64,000 bases of DNA from Nitrospinales bacterium. GTDB lineage: Bacteria; Nitrospinota; Nitrospinia; Nitrospinales; VA-1. Of this stretch, positions 50,301 through 58,373 are shown piece after piece (position 1 is the stretch's first letter; every line of letters starts with the position of its first letter). A program made the position numbers and the translations under genes. Below the pieces are notes generated by a model. That model had not been told where the DNA came from. It saw only the letters and a list, made by a program, of their open reading frames with translations, and ran no database searches. Location of the stretch: positions 416,001 to 480,000 of the forward strand of contig OZ253496.1 of the NCBI GenBank assembly GCA_965262115.1, written 5' to 3'.

Positions 50301-51068
50301 AAACATTATCTGGAATCCAATTCCAAAAATATATTTCGTATTTTTGGCGCCGCACCGGGAAGATATGGGACAGGCATTCTTGAAGCCATCAATTCAAAAA
50401 ACTGGGAAACCAAGCAGGACCTGGCAGACATCTTTGTGAATTGGAGCGGCTTCGCTTACACAACCAATGAATATGGCATAGAAAAAAAAGAGGAATTCAA
50501 ACAACAACTCTCGCGAATGGATGTTGTCTCCCAGAACCAGGACAACAGGGAGCATGACATTTTTGATTCCGATGATTACCTCCAGTTTCACGGTGGATTG
50601 ATCAATGCCGTCAACCAAATAAAATCCAGCCAGGGTAAGGGAAAGGTCCGGGAATATTTCGGCGACTCCTCCAATCCTGCCGCAGTGAAAATCAAGAGTT
50701 TGAAGGAAGAAGTCCGCCAGGTCTACAGGGCTCGTGTCGTGAATCCGAAATGGATTAACGCCATGAAACAACATGGCTACAAAGGGGGGCTGGAAATGGC
50801 GGCAACCCTGGATTACATGTTCGGCTACGACGCGACAACGGATGTCATTGACGACCACATGTATGAAGGTGTTTCGGAGAAATATCTCATTGACCCTGAT
50901 ACCCAGGAGTTTCTAAGAGAAAAAAATCCGTGGGCTATTCGTGCAATGGGAGAAAGATTGCTCGAAGCAGCTAATCGAGGCCTATGGGAAAACCCAGATC
51001 CCGACAGATTGCTTGATATTGAATCCCTTGTTGCCTCTGTGGAAGGGGATACCGAACAAGATCTTTAA
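47361..51068 (+). CDS. cobN: Cobaltochelatase large subunit
   Basis: VVMPEFDG, GNAVGLDTP, HIGKHGNLEWLPGK, LPTGRNFY, RISGFFRDAF, DSDDY.QFHGG, RARVVNPKWI. Confidence 0.97.
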   Translation: MAVYFFVSVSSDLHLFSENIDEIKALGIEAHVNYLSEFSQYESRLSSKDVVVSRNFGGLSFQGEILTRINSVAKKNRIPFLCLPSFKNDDPSVLALSTAPLDICNQLLSYYESFSFPNLKESLKYLSDLYLGTSLGWVEPEVCPEFGLLPGYEDILSKLKSDKSRKKVIAILFYRAHFLADDFEPIQMAIDSIENSGSVALPIYCSMMKQSDGETHPIEKILKNDQEGYIADVVIDCLSYATANLSTTGNIVKGDKDSDGLFVKLNCPVLHALYSSESESAWLQNPKGMNPRDMAMKVVMPEFDGKIIAHPIGFVEQAHKNGKTVPLYKGNSERIERLVSLANNFAELAFKDNKDKRIAIILTNYPTQNARIGNAVGLDTPASLIRVLNELKNNGYDIDSIPETGDDLIHSLIDQVTYDTEFLTETQIELAPAQVDSKDYKDWHGSFPKKNQSEMEKDWGQPPGNVYTHKGKFYLPGLFFKNVFVGIQPPRGFGENPVAIYHSPEIVPTHHYLAFYRWLKEGFNADAVIHIGKHGNLEWLPGKSVALAETCYPDLAIFDLPFFYYFIINNPGEGSQAKRRTNSVLIDHMVPPMTRADLYDDLARIEQLIEEWTYIQSVDPDKVEIVQNQIWELCESTHINHDLGFDSPPEHFKEYRKAINGFLCEIGNTQIREGLHILGDIPERDQLINLFVSLARIDTPPYKGTQSCFMEVCAIKDTSYFINQAEELNCKIPAAILKFYGKPVESRGDLLQMFDILSFAIIDHCLKNNIHTQELIDAEIESLLSVPIPDLANTIHFLLKDIYPKLKQVDEEIIHLMEALKGEFVEPGPSGAPTRGMATILPTGRNFYSVDIHSLPTTTSWIMGKKLAEALLKRYEMESGKFPESVAMILWGTSNMRTKGDDIAQIFYLLGVKPVWKPENKRVIVVEPIPLDELKRPRVDVCIRISGFFRDAFPNLVELMDKAINLVAQLDEPVEMNFVRKHYLESNSKNIFRIFGAAPGRYGTGILEAINSKNWETKQDLADIFVNWSGFAYTTNEYGIEKKEEFKQQLSRMDVVSQNQDNREHDIFDSDDYLQFHGGLINAVNQIKSSQGKGKVREYFGDSSNPAAVKIKSLKEEVRQVYRARVVNPKWINAMKQHGYKGGLEMAATLDYMFGYDATTDVIDDHMYEGVSEKYLIDPDTQEFLREKNPWAIRAMGERLLEAANRGLWENPDPDRLLDIESLVASVEGDTEQDL

Positions 51069-51092
51069 TCGAAAGTTAATAAAAGGAAACCT

Positions 51093-52472
51093 TTGCCTAA
51101 CAAATCCAAATTCTTACCCGGTTTAGTAATAGCCGGAACCCATAGCTCCGTGGGGAAGTCCTCGGTAGCCATTGGTTTAATGCGGTTATTAAAAAATAAA
51201 GGGTGGAGAATAAGGCCGTTCAAGGTCGGCCCTGATTATATCGATCCCGGCCACCATAAAAGAGCGTGCGACGAGCCGAGTTATAACCTGGATACTGTCA
51301 TGTGCACCCCGAAATACGTCAAGGACTTGTTTGGCGATATTATGAATGAGGGGGATATCGCAATCGTTGAAGGAGTGATGGGACTGCATGACGGCGCATC
51401 GCCTAAAACCGAAAAAGGTTCCACCGCAGAGGTCGCTAAATTGCTTGATCTTCCCGTCCTGCTTGTCATTGACGGTAGAGCCATGGCCCGATCCTCAGCG
51501 GCTCTGGTCATGGGATATATGCAGCTTGACCCAAAGCTGAATCTGATCGGCATCATCGCCAACAACATTAACAGCCCCAGGCATGCAGAGTTCATAAAAA
51601 ATGCAATCGAGCACCACACGTCCGCAAAGCTTCTTGCCTGCCTGCCAACCTCTTCAGACTTGAGCATACCCAGCCGTCACTTGGGACTGCATCAGGGTAT
51701 TGAGCAAAAACAGGACATCTATCAGAAATGGGCAAAGCATGTTGAGTCCCATATCGATCTAAAACTATTTTTAAAACTATTCAAATTAAAAAAACCATCG
51801 CGGTCAGCCTCCAATGCCAGGTCAGAGCCTAAGCGCTGGAGAACAAAGTCCAGGCCCTGCACATTTAATATTGCCGTGGCCAAAGACGAGGCGTTTCAGT
51901 TCATTTACCAGGACACTTTGGACTTTTTGACTCATCAGGGTTTTAAAATTTCCTTTTTTTCGCCTCTCCGTGATCCCCATTTGCCAGAAAATATGGACGG
52001 TTATTATTTTCCAGGGGGCTATCCGGAATTACGCGCGGAATCTTTAAACAAAAATCGTTCGCTTTTAAGGGACATCAAAAAGGCCGGATCAGCAGGGAAA
52101 ATGATTATAGGAGAATGCGGTGGACTCATGTATCTGGGGAAACACCTTACCAACCACAAGGGCAAGAAAATACCGATGGTGGGCCTGTTCGACTTTTCCA
52201 CATCTCTGAAAGTCAGAAAATTGTCGTTGGGCTACCGAAAACTAGTCAAAGCCTCAGCCAACAACAAAAAACTAATCCTCCACGGACACGAATTCCATTA
52301 CTCCACCTTCACGATTAATAATGAACGGCCAAAATGGAATAGCATTCATCCTAAAAATGGGGCGGTTTTAAAAGATGGCTTTACCACCAAAAACTGCCAC
52401 TCTTTTTATACGCATATTTACTGGGCGTCCAATAAAGAGTGGCTGAATCATTTAATGGAATCGTATTCATGA
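51093..52472 (+). CDS. cbiA: Cobyrinate a,c-diamide synthase (CbiA/CobB)
   Basis: FKVGPDYIDP, VEGVMGL, SRHLGL, GGYPE, GECGGLMYL, GHEFHYS. Confidence 0.96.
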   Translation: MPNKSKFLPGLVIAGTHSSVGKSSVAIGLMRLLKNKGWRIRPFKVGPDYIDPGHHKRACDEPSYNLDTVMCTPKYVKDLFGDIMNEGDIAIVEGVMGLHDGASPKTEKGSTAEVAKLLDLPVLLVIDGRAMARSSAALVMGYMQLDPKLNLIGIIANNINSPRHAEFIKNAIEHHTSAKLLACLPTSSDLSIPSRHLGLHQGIEQKQDIYQKWAKHVESHIDLKLFLKLFKLKKPSRSASNARSEPKRWRTKSRPCTFNIAVAKDEAFQFIYQDTLDFLTHQGFKISFFSPLRDPHLPENMDGYYFPGGYPELRAESLNKNRSLLRDIKKAGSAGKMIIGECGGLMYLGKHLTNHKGKKIPMVGLFDFSTSLKVRKLSLGYRKLVKASANNKKLILHGHEFHYSTFTINNERPKWNSIHPKNGAVLKDGFTTKNCHSFYTHIYWASNKEWLNHLMESYS

Positions 52473-53023
52473 GAAAACCTTCAGGAGCAGACCCGAGAAA
52501 ACGCAAAGGACTAATCATTGTCAACACTGGAGATGGAAAGGGGAAGTCCACCGCCTCATTCGGCCTGGCCATTCGCGCGGCGGGAAACAAGATGAATGTA
52601 TTCATCATGCAGTTCATGAAGGGGCAATGGAAAGCTGGCGAACGAAAATCTTTCGAAAAACTGGCCCCTTATGTTGAGTTTGTTGCTATGGGAGATGGAT
52701 TTACCTGGGACACAAATGATATCGAGCAGGATAAAGCCACCGCCCGCAAGGCCTTTGAAATCGCCAAAGAAAAACTCTTCAGCAGCAAGTATCAAATGGT
52801 CATTTTTGAGGAAATCAATTACGTTCTTCACTATCAGTTTTTTCCAGAGGAAGAGTTTTTGGAAACATTGCGTAACAAACCTGAATCGGTTCATGTTGTT
52901 TGCTCAGGAAGAAATGCGTCCGAAAAATTGATAGAAATGGCCGATCTTGTGACAGAAATGAAGATGATCAAACACCCTTTCAAAGAACAGGGAATTCCTG
53001 CTCAAAAGGGCATTGAATTTTAA
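52469..53023 (+). CDS. cobO: Cob(I)yrinic acid a,c-diamide adenosyltransferase (CobO/BtuR)
   Basis: NTGDGKGKSTASFG, QFMKG, GDGFTW, ADLVTEM..IKHPF, AQKGIEF. Confidence 0.96.
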   Translation: MRKPSGADPRKRKGLIIVNTGDGKGKSTASFGLAIRAAGNKMNVFIMQFMKGQWKAGERKSFEKLAPYVEFVAMGDGFTWDTNDIEQDKATARKAFEIAKEKLFSSKYQMVIFEEINYVLHYQFFPEEEFLETLRNKPESVHVVCSGRNASEKLIEMADLVTEMKMIKHPFKEQGIPAQKGIEF

Positions 53024-53043
53024 TCTATTAAAATGCGTGCGAC

Positions 53044-53775
53044 TTGAATTTTTTATCCGCCATTGGTTTTTTAACCACGATACCCATACCTGCCTGGGCG
53101 ATCCGCAGCGATGGCAGGCAGGTTCTATACTTTCCTCTGGTCGGCCTGTTCATAGGGTGCCTGCTCTGTGGTGTAGACCAACTGCTGAATCTGGCAGATT
53201 ACTCTGAACTTCGTATAATCGGAGATGTGTTATTTTTAGCCGTTATATCCGGCGCCTTGCATTTGGATGGATTGGCCGATACCGCAGACGGTTTTTTCTC
53301 CCACCGGCCCAGGGAACAAATACTGCAAATCATGAAGGATTCCCGCATCGGAGTAATGGGAGTCCTGGCGCTGTTGTTTTGCATTCTCTTGAAACTCGCA
53401 GGAGTGGCTGGGATAATCCATTCAGAATCATTAATATGGCTGGTCCTGGCACCGGCTCTGGGCCGAACCGCTCAAGTCATGGGGCTGGTTTTAGTTGGCC
53501 ATGTGCCCTCAGAAAAGACGCTGGCGGAACAATTTTATCAGCGGGGAAGCCTTTTTCTTTTAATTTTTTGTCCGCTCCCCTTCGCAATCTTGTTTTATAT
53601 AAACTGGGCCTTGGCCTTGGCAAGCCTAATCATATTTGCCATTCTACTCGCTGGCTTGCTATTATTTTTTAAAAACAAAATTGGGGGCATTACAGGAGAC
53701 ACTCTTGGTGCCGCAACAGAAATTATAGAAACCGTATTTTTATTAATCGGTGGAATGGGCGCTTCGATATTTTAA
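53044..53775 (+). CDS. cobS: Adenosylcobinamide-GDP ribazoletransferase (cobalamin synthase)
   Basis: FLTTIP, GALHLDGLADTADG, IMKDSRIG, GGITGDTLGA. Confidence 0.95.
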   Translation: MNFLSAIGFLTTIPIPAWAIRSDGRQVLYFPLVGLFIGCLLCGVDQLLNLADYSELRIIGDVLFLAVISGALHLDGLADTADGFFSHRPREQILQIMKDSRIGVMGVLALLFCILLKLAGVAGIIHSESLIWLVLAPALGRTAQVMGLVLVGHVPSEKTLAEQFYQRGSLFLLIFCPLPFAILFYINWALALASLIIFAILLAGLLLFFKNKIGGITGDTLGAATEIIETVFLLIGGMGASIF

Positions 53776-53804
53776 GAAGACCATTACTAATACAGGATGA
53801 TTTT

Positions 53805-55064
53805 ATGTCTGGAAAAACTATTTTGGTCACAGGTGGAAGCCGGAGTGGTAAAAGCCGTCATGCTCTCCAATTAACCAAGAATATTAATGCCGCGAAAATA
53901 TTTTTGGCCACCGCAGAGCCTCTCGACGACGAAATGGCTGAAAGAATCAAAAAACACCAGGATGAGCGCGGCAAGGAATGGACCACTATTGAAGAACCTC
54001 TTGATCCAGCAAGTGTATTAAGGGATAAAGGAAACCAGCCCGGTTTCATAATTCTCGACTGCGTCACTTTATGGTTGAGTAATATGGTCATGAAAAACAT
54101 GGCGCGGCAAACCATACTGGAACGGGTCCATGAATTTATCAGCGTATGCAAAAACTGCACGAGCCATATCATTGTCATCACCAATGAGCTGGGTTCAGGA
54201 ATTGTTCCTCTTGAACCTTCTGCAAGAGCATTTCGCGATATCGCAGGCGAAACCAACCAAATTCTCGCATCTGAATTCGATGAAGTGATCAGCATGGTGT
54301 CAGGAATTCCCGTCACTATAAAAACATCCAAAAAAACCCGCGGCACAGACCAAGCCAAGGATAAGAACCCTGAGCATGAGTTTTCGCCAGGAAAAAAGCA
54401 GGGACTCTATGAGGCCATATACAAGCGCCGCGATGTGCGCCACTTCATCCCCAAACCAGTTGATCCTGAAAAATTGGGCCGGGTTTTAGATGCAGCCCAT
54501 CACGCCGGTTCCGTAGGATATATGCAACCTTGGAATTTTCTGGTGATCACCGATCCAGAAGTAAAAAACAAAATCGTCCTGAACTTTAAGACTGCCAATG
54601 AAGAGGCAGCACAAAAATTCAGTGGCGACCAACAAAAACTTTACAACTCCCTCAAGCTGGAAGGCATCCAGGATGCCGCAGTCAATATTTGTGTGACCTG
54701 CGACCGCACACGTTTTGGACCCAATGTTTTGGGAAGAAATACGGTTTTTGAAACAGACCTTTTCAGTACCTGTTGTGCAGTGCAAAACCTCTGGCTTGCA
54801 GCCCGTGCAGAAGGGCTCGCGGTAGGCTGGGTGAGCATTTTATCCAATGACCAGTTAAAGGAAGATTTAGATATTCCCGATCATATTCAGCCGGTGGCTT
54901 ATTTATGCGTCGGCCATACTGAGTCATTTTACCCCAAACCCATGCTGGAAACAGCAGGTTGGGCCCAGCGACTGCCTGTTGAAAAATTGATTTACTATAA
55001 TAAATGGCAGGGACCATCTACAGACTTTAAGGTTCATTTTCCTGACCCTACAAAAAATGATTGA
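53805..55064 (+). CDS. cobU-bluB: Fusion of CobU (adenosylcobinamide kinase/guanylyltransferase) and BluB (5,6-dimethylbenzimidazole synthase)
   Basis: N-half TGGSRSGKS, EMAERIKKH, LDCVTLW, TNE.G.GIVP, FRD.AG..NQ; C-half RRDVRHF, AAHHAGSVGYMQPW, LKLEGI, NLWLAARAEG..VGWVS. Confidence 0.93.
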   Translation: MSGKTILVTGGSRSGKSRHALQLTKNINAAKIFLATAEPLDDEMAERIKKHQDERGKEWTTIEEPLDPASVLRDKGNQPGFIILDCVTLWLSNMVMKNMARQTILERVHEFISVCKNCTSHIIVITNELGSGIVPLEPSARAFRDIAGETNQILASEFDEVISMVSGIPVTIKTSKKTRGTDQAKDKNPEHEFSPGKKQGLYEAIYKRRDVRHFIPKPVDPEKLGRVLDAAHHAGSVGYMQPWNFLVITDPEVKNKIVLNFKTANEEAAQKFSGDQQKLYNSLKLEGIQDAAVNICVTCDRTRFGPNVLGRNTVFETDLFSTCCAVQNLWLAARAEGLAVGWVSILSNDQLKEDLDIPDHIQPVAYLCVGHTESFYPKPMLETAGWAQRLPVEKLIYYNKWQGPSTDFKVHFPDPTKND

Positions 55065-56193
55065 AAATAAAAAGCCAGAAAAATTACAAGTGCCGAATTT
55101 CGCCTACCCCGCGCACGGTGGAGACCCGCGCACTATGGCTCAAATTGCCGGGATTGACCCGGACAAGCTCATTGATTTCAGCGCCAGCATTAACCCTATA
55201 TCCCCTCCCGGTTGCGTGTCACAATTATTACTGGAAACACCACGACTCTTGAGAGAGTATCCGGACCCCCACTGCTCCATAATTACAAAAAATATTTCTG
55301 CAGCCACAGGAGCCCCTGAAGACTGGATCCGTGTGACCAATGGTTCCACCGAAATGATTTATCTCCTGCCCCATTTGCTCAATAAAGGGCAGGAGGTTGC
55401 CATCCTTGACCCGTGTTTCTCAGAATATGATAAAGCGTTTACGGCATTTGGCGTTCAGCCCCGTTCGGTTCCATTAAAAGCCGAAACAGGATTTCAAGCC
55501 GATCCTTCCCTGCTATTTTCTCAACTAGATAGCATCCAGCAACTCGGGGCCATTGTTTTTGGAAATCCTACTAGTCCTACAGGAAAACTCTATAGTGACT
55601 TCCTGCCTCATCTGCAGGGATATTGCAAGGAGCGTAATGTTATTTTAATCATTGATGAAGCTTTTATCGATTTTTCTTCTCCCGATAACTCTGCCTGGAA
55701 TTTGTTGAAGAAGAACTCAAACCTGATTCTGATTCGATCCCTGACCAAGTTTTACTCTCTTCCTGGACTTAGAATTGGTTACGGAATCCTGCATCCGAAA
55801 AAAATCCTAAAAATTGCTCCCCATCAATACCCCTGGTCGGTGAACGCTTTGGCCCAGGCCGTTGGCGCTGAAGTCATTTCAGATAGATCTTTCCAGGAAA
55901 AGACGCGTGATTGGACCCTCCGTGAAAGAAGTTTCATGTTTCAGGCATTAACCTCTATCCGCCAAATCGAAATTTTTCCTTCCGATGCCAACTTTTTCTT
56001 AATCCGCATTCGAGGCAATGGCGCGCCTGCCGGTCTATATCAACATTTATTATCTCAGTCTCTCCTGATAAGAAACTGTGGTAATTTCAAGGGGCTTGAC
56101 GAAAGTTTTTTTCGGATTTCATTAAGAGAGCGGGAAGAAAACCAGAAACTGGTGGATTCAATTTCTGAGTATTTCTCATCCTGCAAGACTTAA
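55057..56193 (+). CDS. cobD: Threonine-phosphate decarboxylase
   Basis: HGGD, DFSASINP, YPDP, NGSTE, DEAFIDF, RSLTKFYSLPGLRIGY, IRNC.NF.GL. Confidence 0.94.
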   Translation: MIENKKPEKLQVPNFAYPAHGGDPRTMAQIAGIDPDKLIDFSASINPISPPGCVSQLLLETPRLLREYPDPHCSIITKNISAATGAPEDWIRVTNGSTEMIYLLPHLLNKGQEVAILDPCFSEYDKAFTAFGVQPRSVPLKAETGFQADPSLLFSQLDSIQQLGAIVFGNPTSPTGKLYSDFLPHLQGYCKERNVILIIDEAFIDFSSPDNSAWNLLKKNSNLILIRSLTKFYSLPGLRIGYGILHPKKILKIAPHQYPWSVNALAQAVGAEVISDRSFQEKTRDWTLRERSFMFQALTSIRQIEIFPSDANFFLIRIRGNGAPAGLYQHLLSQSLLIRNCGNFKGLDESFFRISLREREENQKLVDSISEYFSSCKT

Positions 56194-56197
56194 AAAA

Positions 56198-57148
56198 ATG
56201 AGCCTGACGTTTCAAATCGTCATCGCTTTCATCGCCGACCTGATACTTGGAGATCCTAAAGGCTATCCTCATCCAGTAAAAGTCATCGCGCGCCTGGCCC
56301 ATAGTATCGAAGAGGTTTCCCGTAAATTTTTGTCCAGCCCAAAATTGGCTGGGATCATCACAGTCCTTACCGTTATCGCAGCCTCTTTTTTAACAGTATG
56401 GCTAATTATTCGCGGATTGAACTATATTCATCCATGGCTGGGTTTGACCGCTTCGATTTTTTTCATTTATACCACCCTGTCCGTTCGAAGCCTCTTTGAA
56501 GAAAGCCGCCCAGTATTGCAATACCTTAAGGAAGCCAATCTCATTAAGGCCCGGGAAAGCCTGTCAAATATTGTCGGCCGCGACACCGCCCATCTAGAGG
56601 AACACGAAATCGTAAGAGCCACTGTGGAAACGGTTGCTGAAAGTACTGTAGATGGAATCATCGCCCCTTTATTTTTCGCTGTGCTAGGTGGAGCTCCATT
56701 GGCGATCACTTACAAGGCCATCAATACCATGGATTCGTTATTTGGCTATAAAAATGAAACTTACCGGGACTTTGGTTGGGCTCCTGCCCGTCTCGATGAT
56801 CTGGCGAACTGGTTTCCAGCAAGACTGGCATTACCTATCATTGCTGTAGGTGCAGGCTTTTGCGGGTTGAGTGGCAAGAACTCAATGGCGGTAGCGATTC
56901 GAGATGGCTCCAAGCACACCAGTCCCAATTCCGGGTTTCCCGAGGCGGCTATGGCAGGGGCCCTGGGCATCCGTCTTGGAGGAACCAATTTTTATTCGGG
57001 GAAATTAAATGAAAAACCGTTCATCGGAGACAATTTGCGGGAACCGGAATTATCCGACATCACTCAAAGCCATAAAATCATGTTTACAACGTCAATGTTG
57101 GCATTGATGGTGGTGATTATGGTTGAAATGTTTCATAAACTTTTTTAG
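56198..57148 (+). CDS. cbiB: Adenosylcobinamide-phosphate synthase
   Basis: GDP...HPV, IVGRDT, VETVAE..DG, YKAINTMDS..GY, ARLDD, SPNSGFPEAAMAGALG. Confidence 0.96.
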   Translation: MSLTFQIVIAFIADLILGDPKGYPHPVKVIARLAHSIEEVSRKFLSSPKLAGIITVLTVIAASFLTVWLIIRGLNYIHPWLGLTASIFFIYTTLSVRSLFEESRPVLQYLKEANLIKARESLSNIVGRDTAHLEEHEIVRATVETVAESTVDGIIAPLFFAVLGGAPLAITYKAINTMDSLFGYKNETYRDFGWAPARLDDLANWFPARLALPIIAVGAGFCGLSGKNSMAVAIRDGSKHTSPNSGFPEAAMAGALGIRLGGTNFYSGKLNEKPFIGDNLREPELSDITQSHKIMFTTSMLALMVVIMVEMFHKLF

Positions 57149-57206
57149 CGTAAAAAAATGCTATTCGATTAGATTTAAACCTTCTATTTCCTTTATACTA
57201 GTGGTC

Positions 57207-57946
57207 ATGACAACGACCCGACTGAAAAAAAATACTTTTTTGCCGGATTCCTCTTTTTCACCCTGACTTCGCTTGCGGAAGCCGTGGTGATCCCGGTGGA
57301 TAGCAATTCCGATGGCAAGCTGGACCAATGGCAGCATAAATCGGAGGACGGCCATCTGCTGAAAATTGAATACGATAAAAACGGGGATAAGAAGATCGAT
57401 CAAATTGATATTTTTAAGGGTAATGCAAAACCTATTCGCGTTGAACTGGACCGCAATTTAGACGGAACCCTGGATCAGGTTCAGCATTACTCCAAAGACT
57501 TTATCCTTGAGTATGTTGAGAAGGACTCCAAATATTCTGGACTGATGGACTGGCGTGAAGTATATGGCCCGAACAATAAAGTGACGCGTCTGGAGACCGA
57601 CGAAAACCAGAACGGTAAAATGGATGTCTTTCAATATTTTTCTGAAGATGGGTACATGGAGCGCGTGGAGTATGACACTTCCCATGACGGACAAATTGAC
57701 CGACGGGAAACTTTCGGGGCCAATGAGGCCCTGAAATCGGTCCGCTTCGATACCAACCAGGACGGAAATCCGGACCAGTGGCAATATTTCAAAAATTCCA
57801 CGCAATTACAAAAAGTGGCCCACGATACCAATTTTGATGGCAAGCCAAATAGTTGGGAATATTTTGACGATTCCGGAATATTGGAGCGTGTCGAAATAGA
57901 CGATAACTATGACGGTAAACTGTACATAATTAAAAGGAGACCATAA
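57207..57946 (+). CDS. Dx[DN]xDG-repeat protein (paralog 2); signal-peptide region out of frame at an A8 run
   Basis: Ungapped alignment to 29922-30653 (130/200 identical by manual count over 8 repeats); ATG 57207 is out of frame with the body. Confidence 0.8.
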
Positions 57947-57955
57947 TTCCCGCCC

Positions 57956-58348
57956 ATGAAACAACTCCCTATTCTTATATCTCTCTCTGTTATTTTTACT
58001 TTTTCATGCACTCCGAAACCCACACTGGAAGTGCCGGAACCTTATAAAAAGGGGCAAGAGTATTTTCATAGAGTCTGCTCCAATTGCCACGGCCCAGATG
58101 CGATGGGCAAACATACTCAGGCTCCCAGGCTTATTGATGAGGAATACCTCACTGATAATTTCTCCGATGCAGATATCAACGAGATCGTGCTGAATGGCAC
58201 CGATAAAATGCCTCCACAAAAAAAGAATGTGACGCCTGAGGAAATCAACGAAATCATCAAATACCTGCGTTATTCGCAAAAAGCCGCAGGACTCGAACCG
58301 GAAGAAGAGGATGAAGAGGAAGAAGAACACGCTGCTAATGAGAATTGA
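57956..58348 (+). CDS. Monohaem cytochrome c, probable lipoprotein
   Basis: FTFSC lipobox-like signal, CSNCH, distal KMP, acidic tail. Confidence 0.9.
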   Translation: MKQLPILISLSVIFTFSCTPKPTLEVPEPYKKGQEYFHRVCSNCHGPDAMGKHTQAPRLIDEEYLTDNFSDADINEIVLNGTDKMPPQKKNVTPEEINEIIKYLRYSQKAAGLEPEEEDEEEEEHAANEN

Positions 58349-58373
58349 TGGTTTATCAAACAACGAGTGAGCC

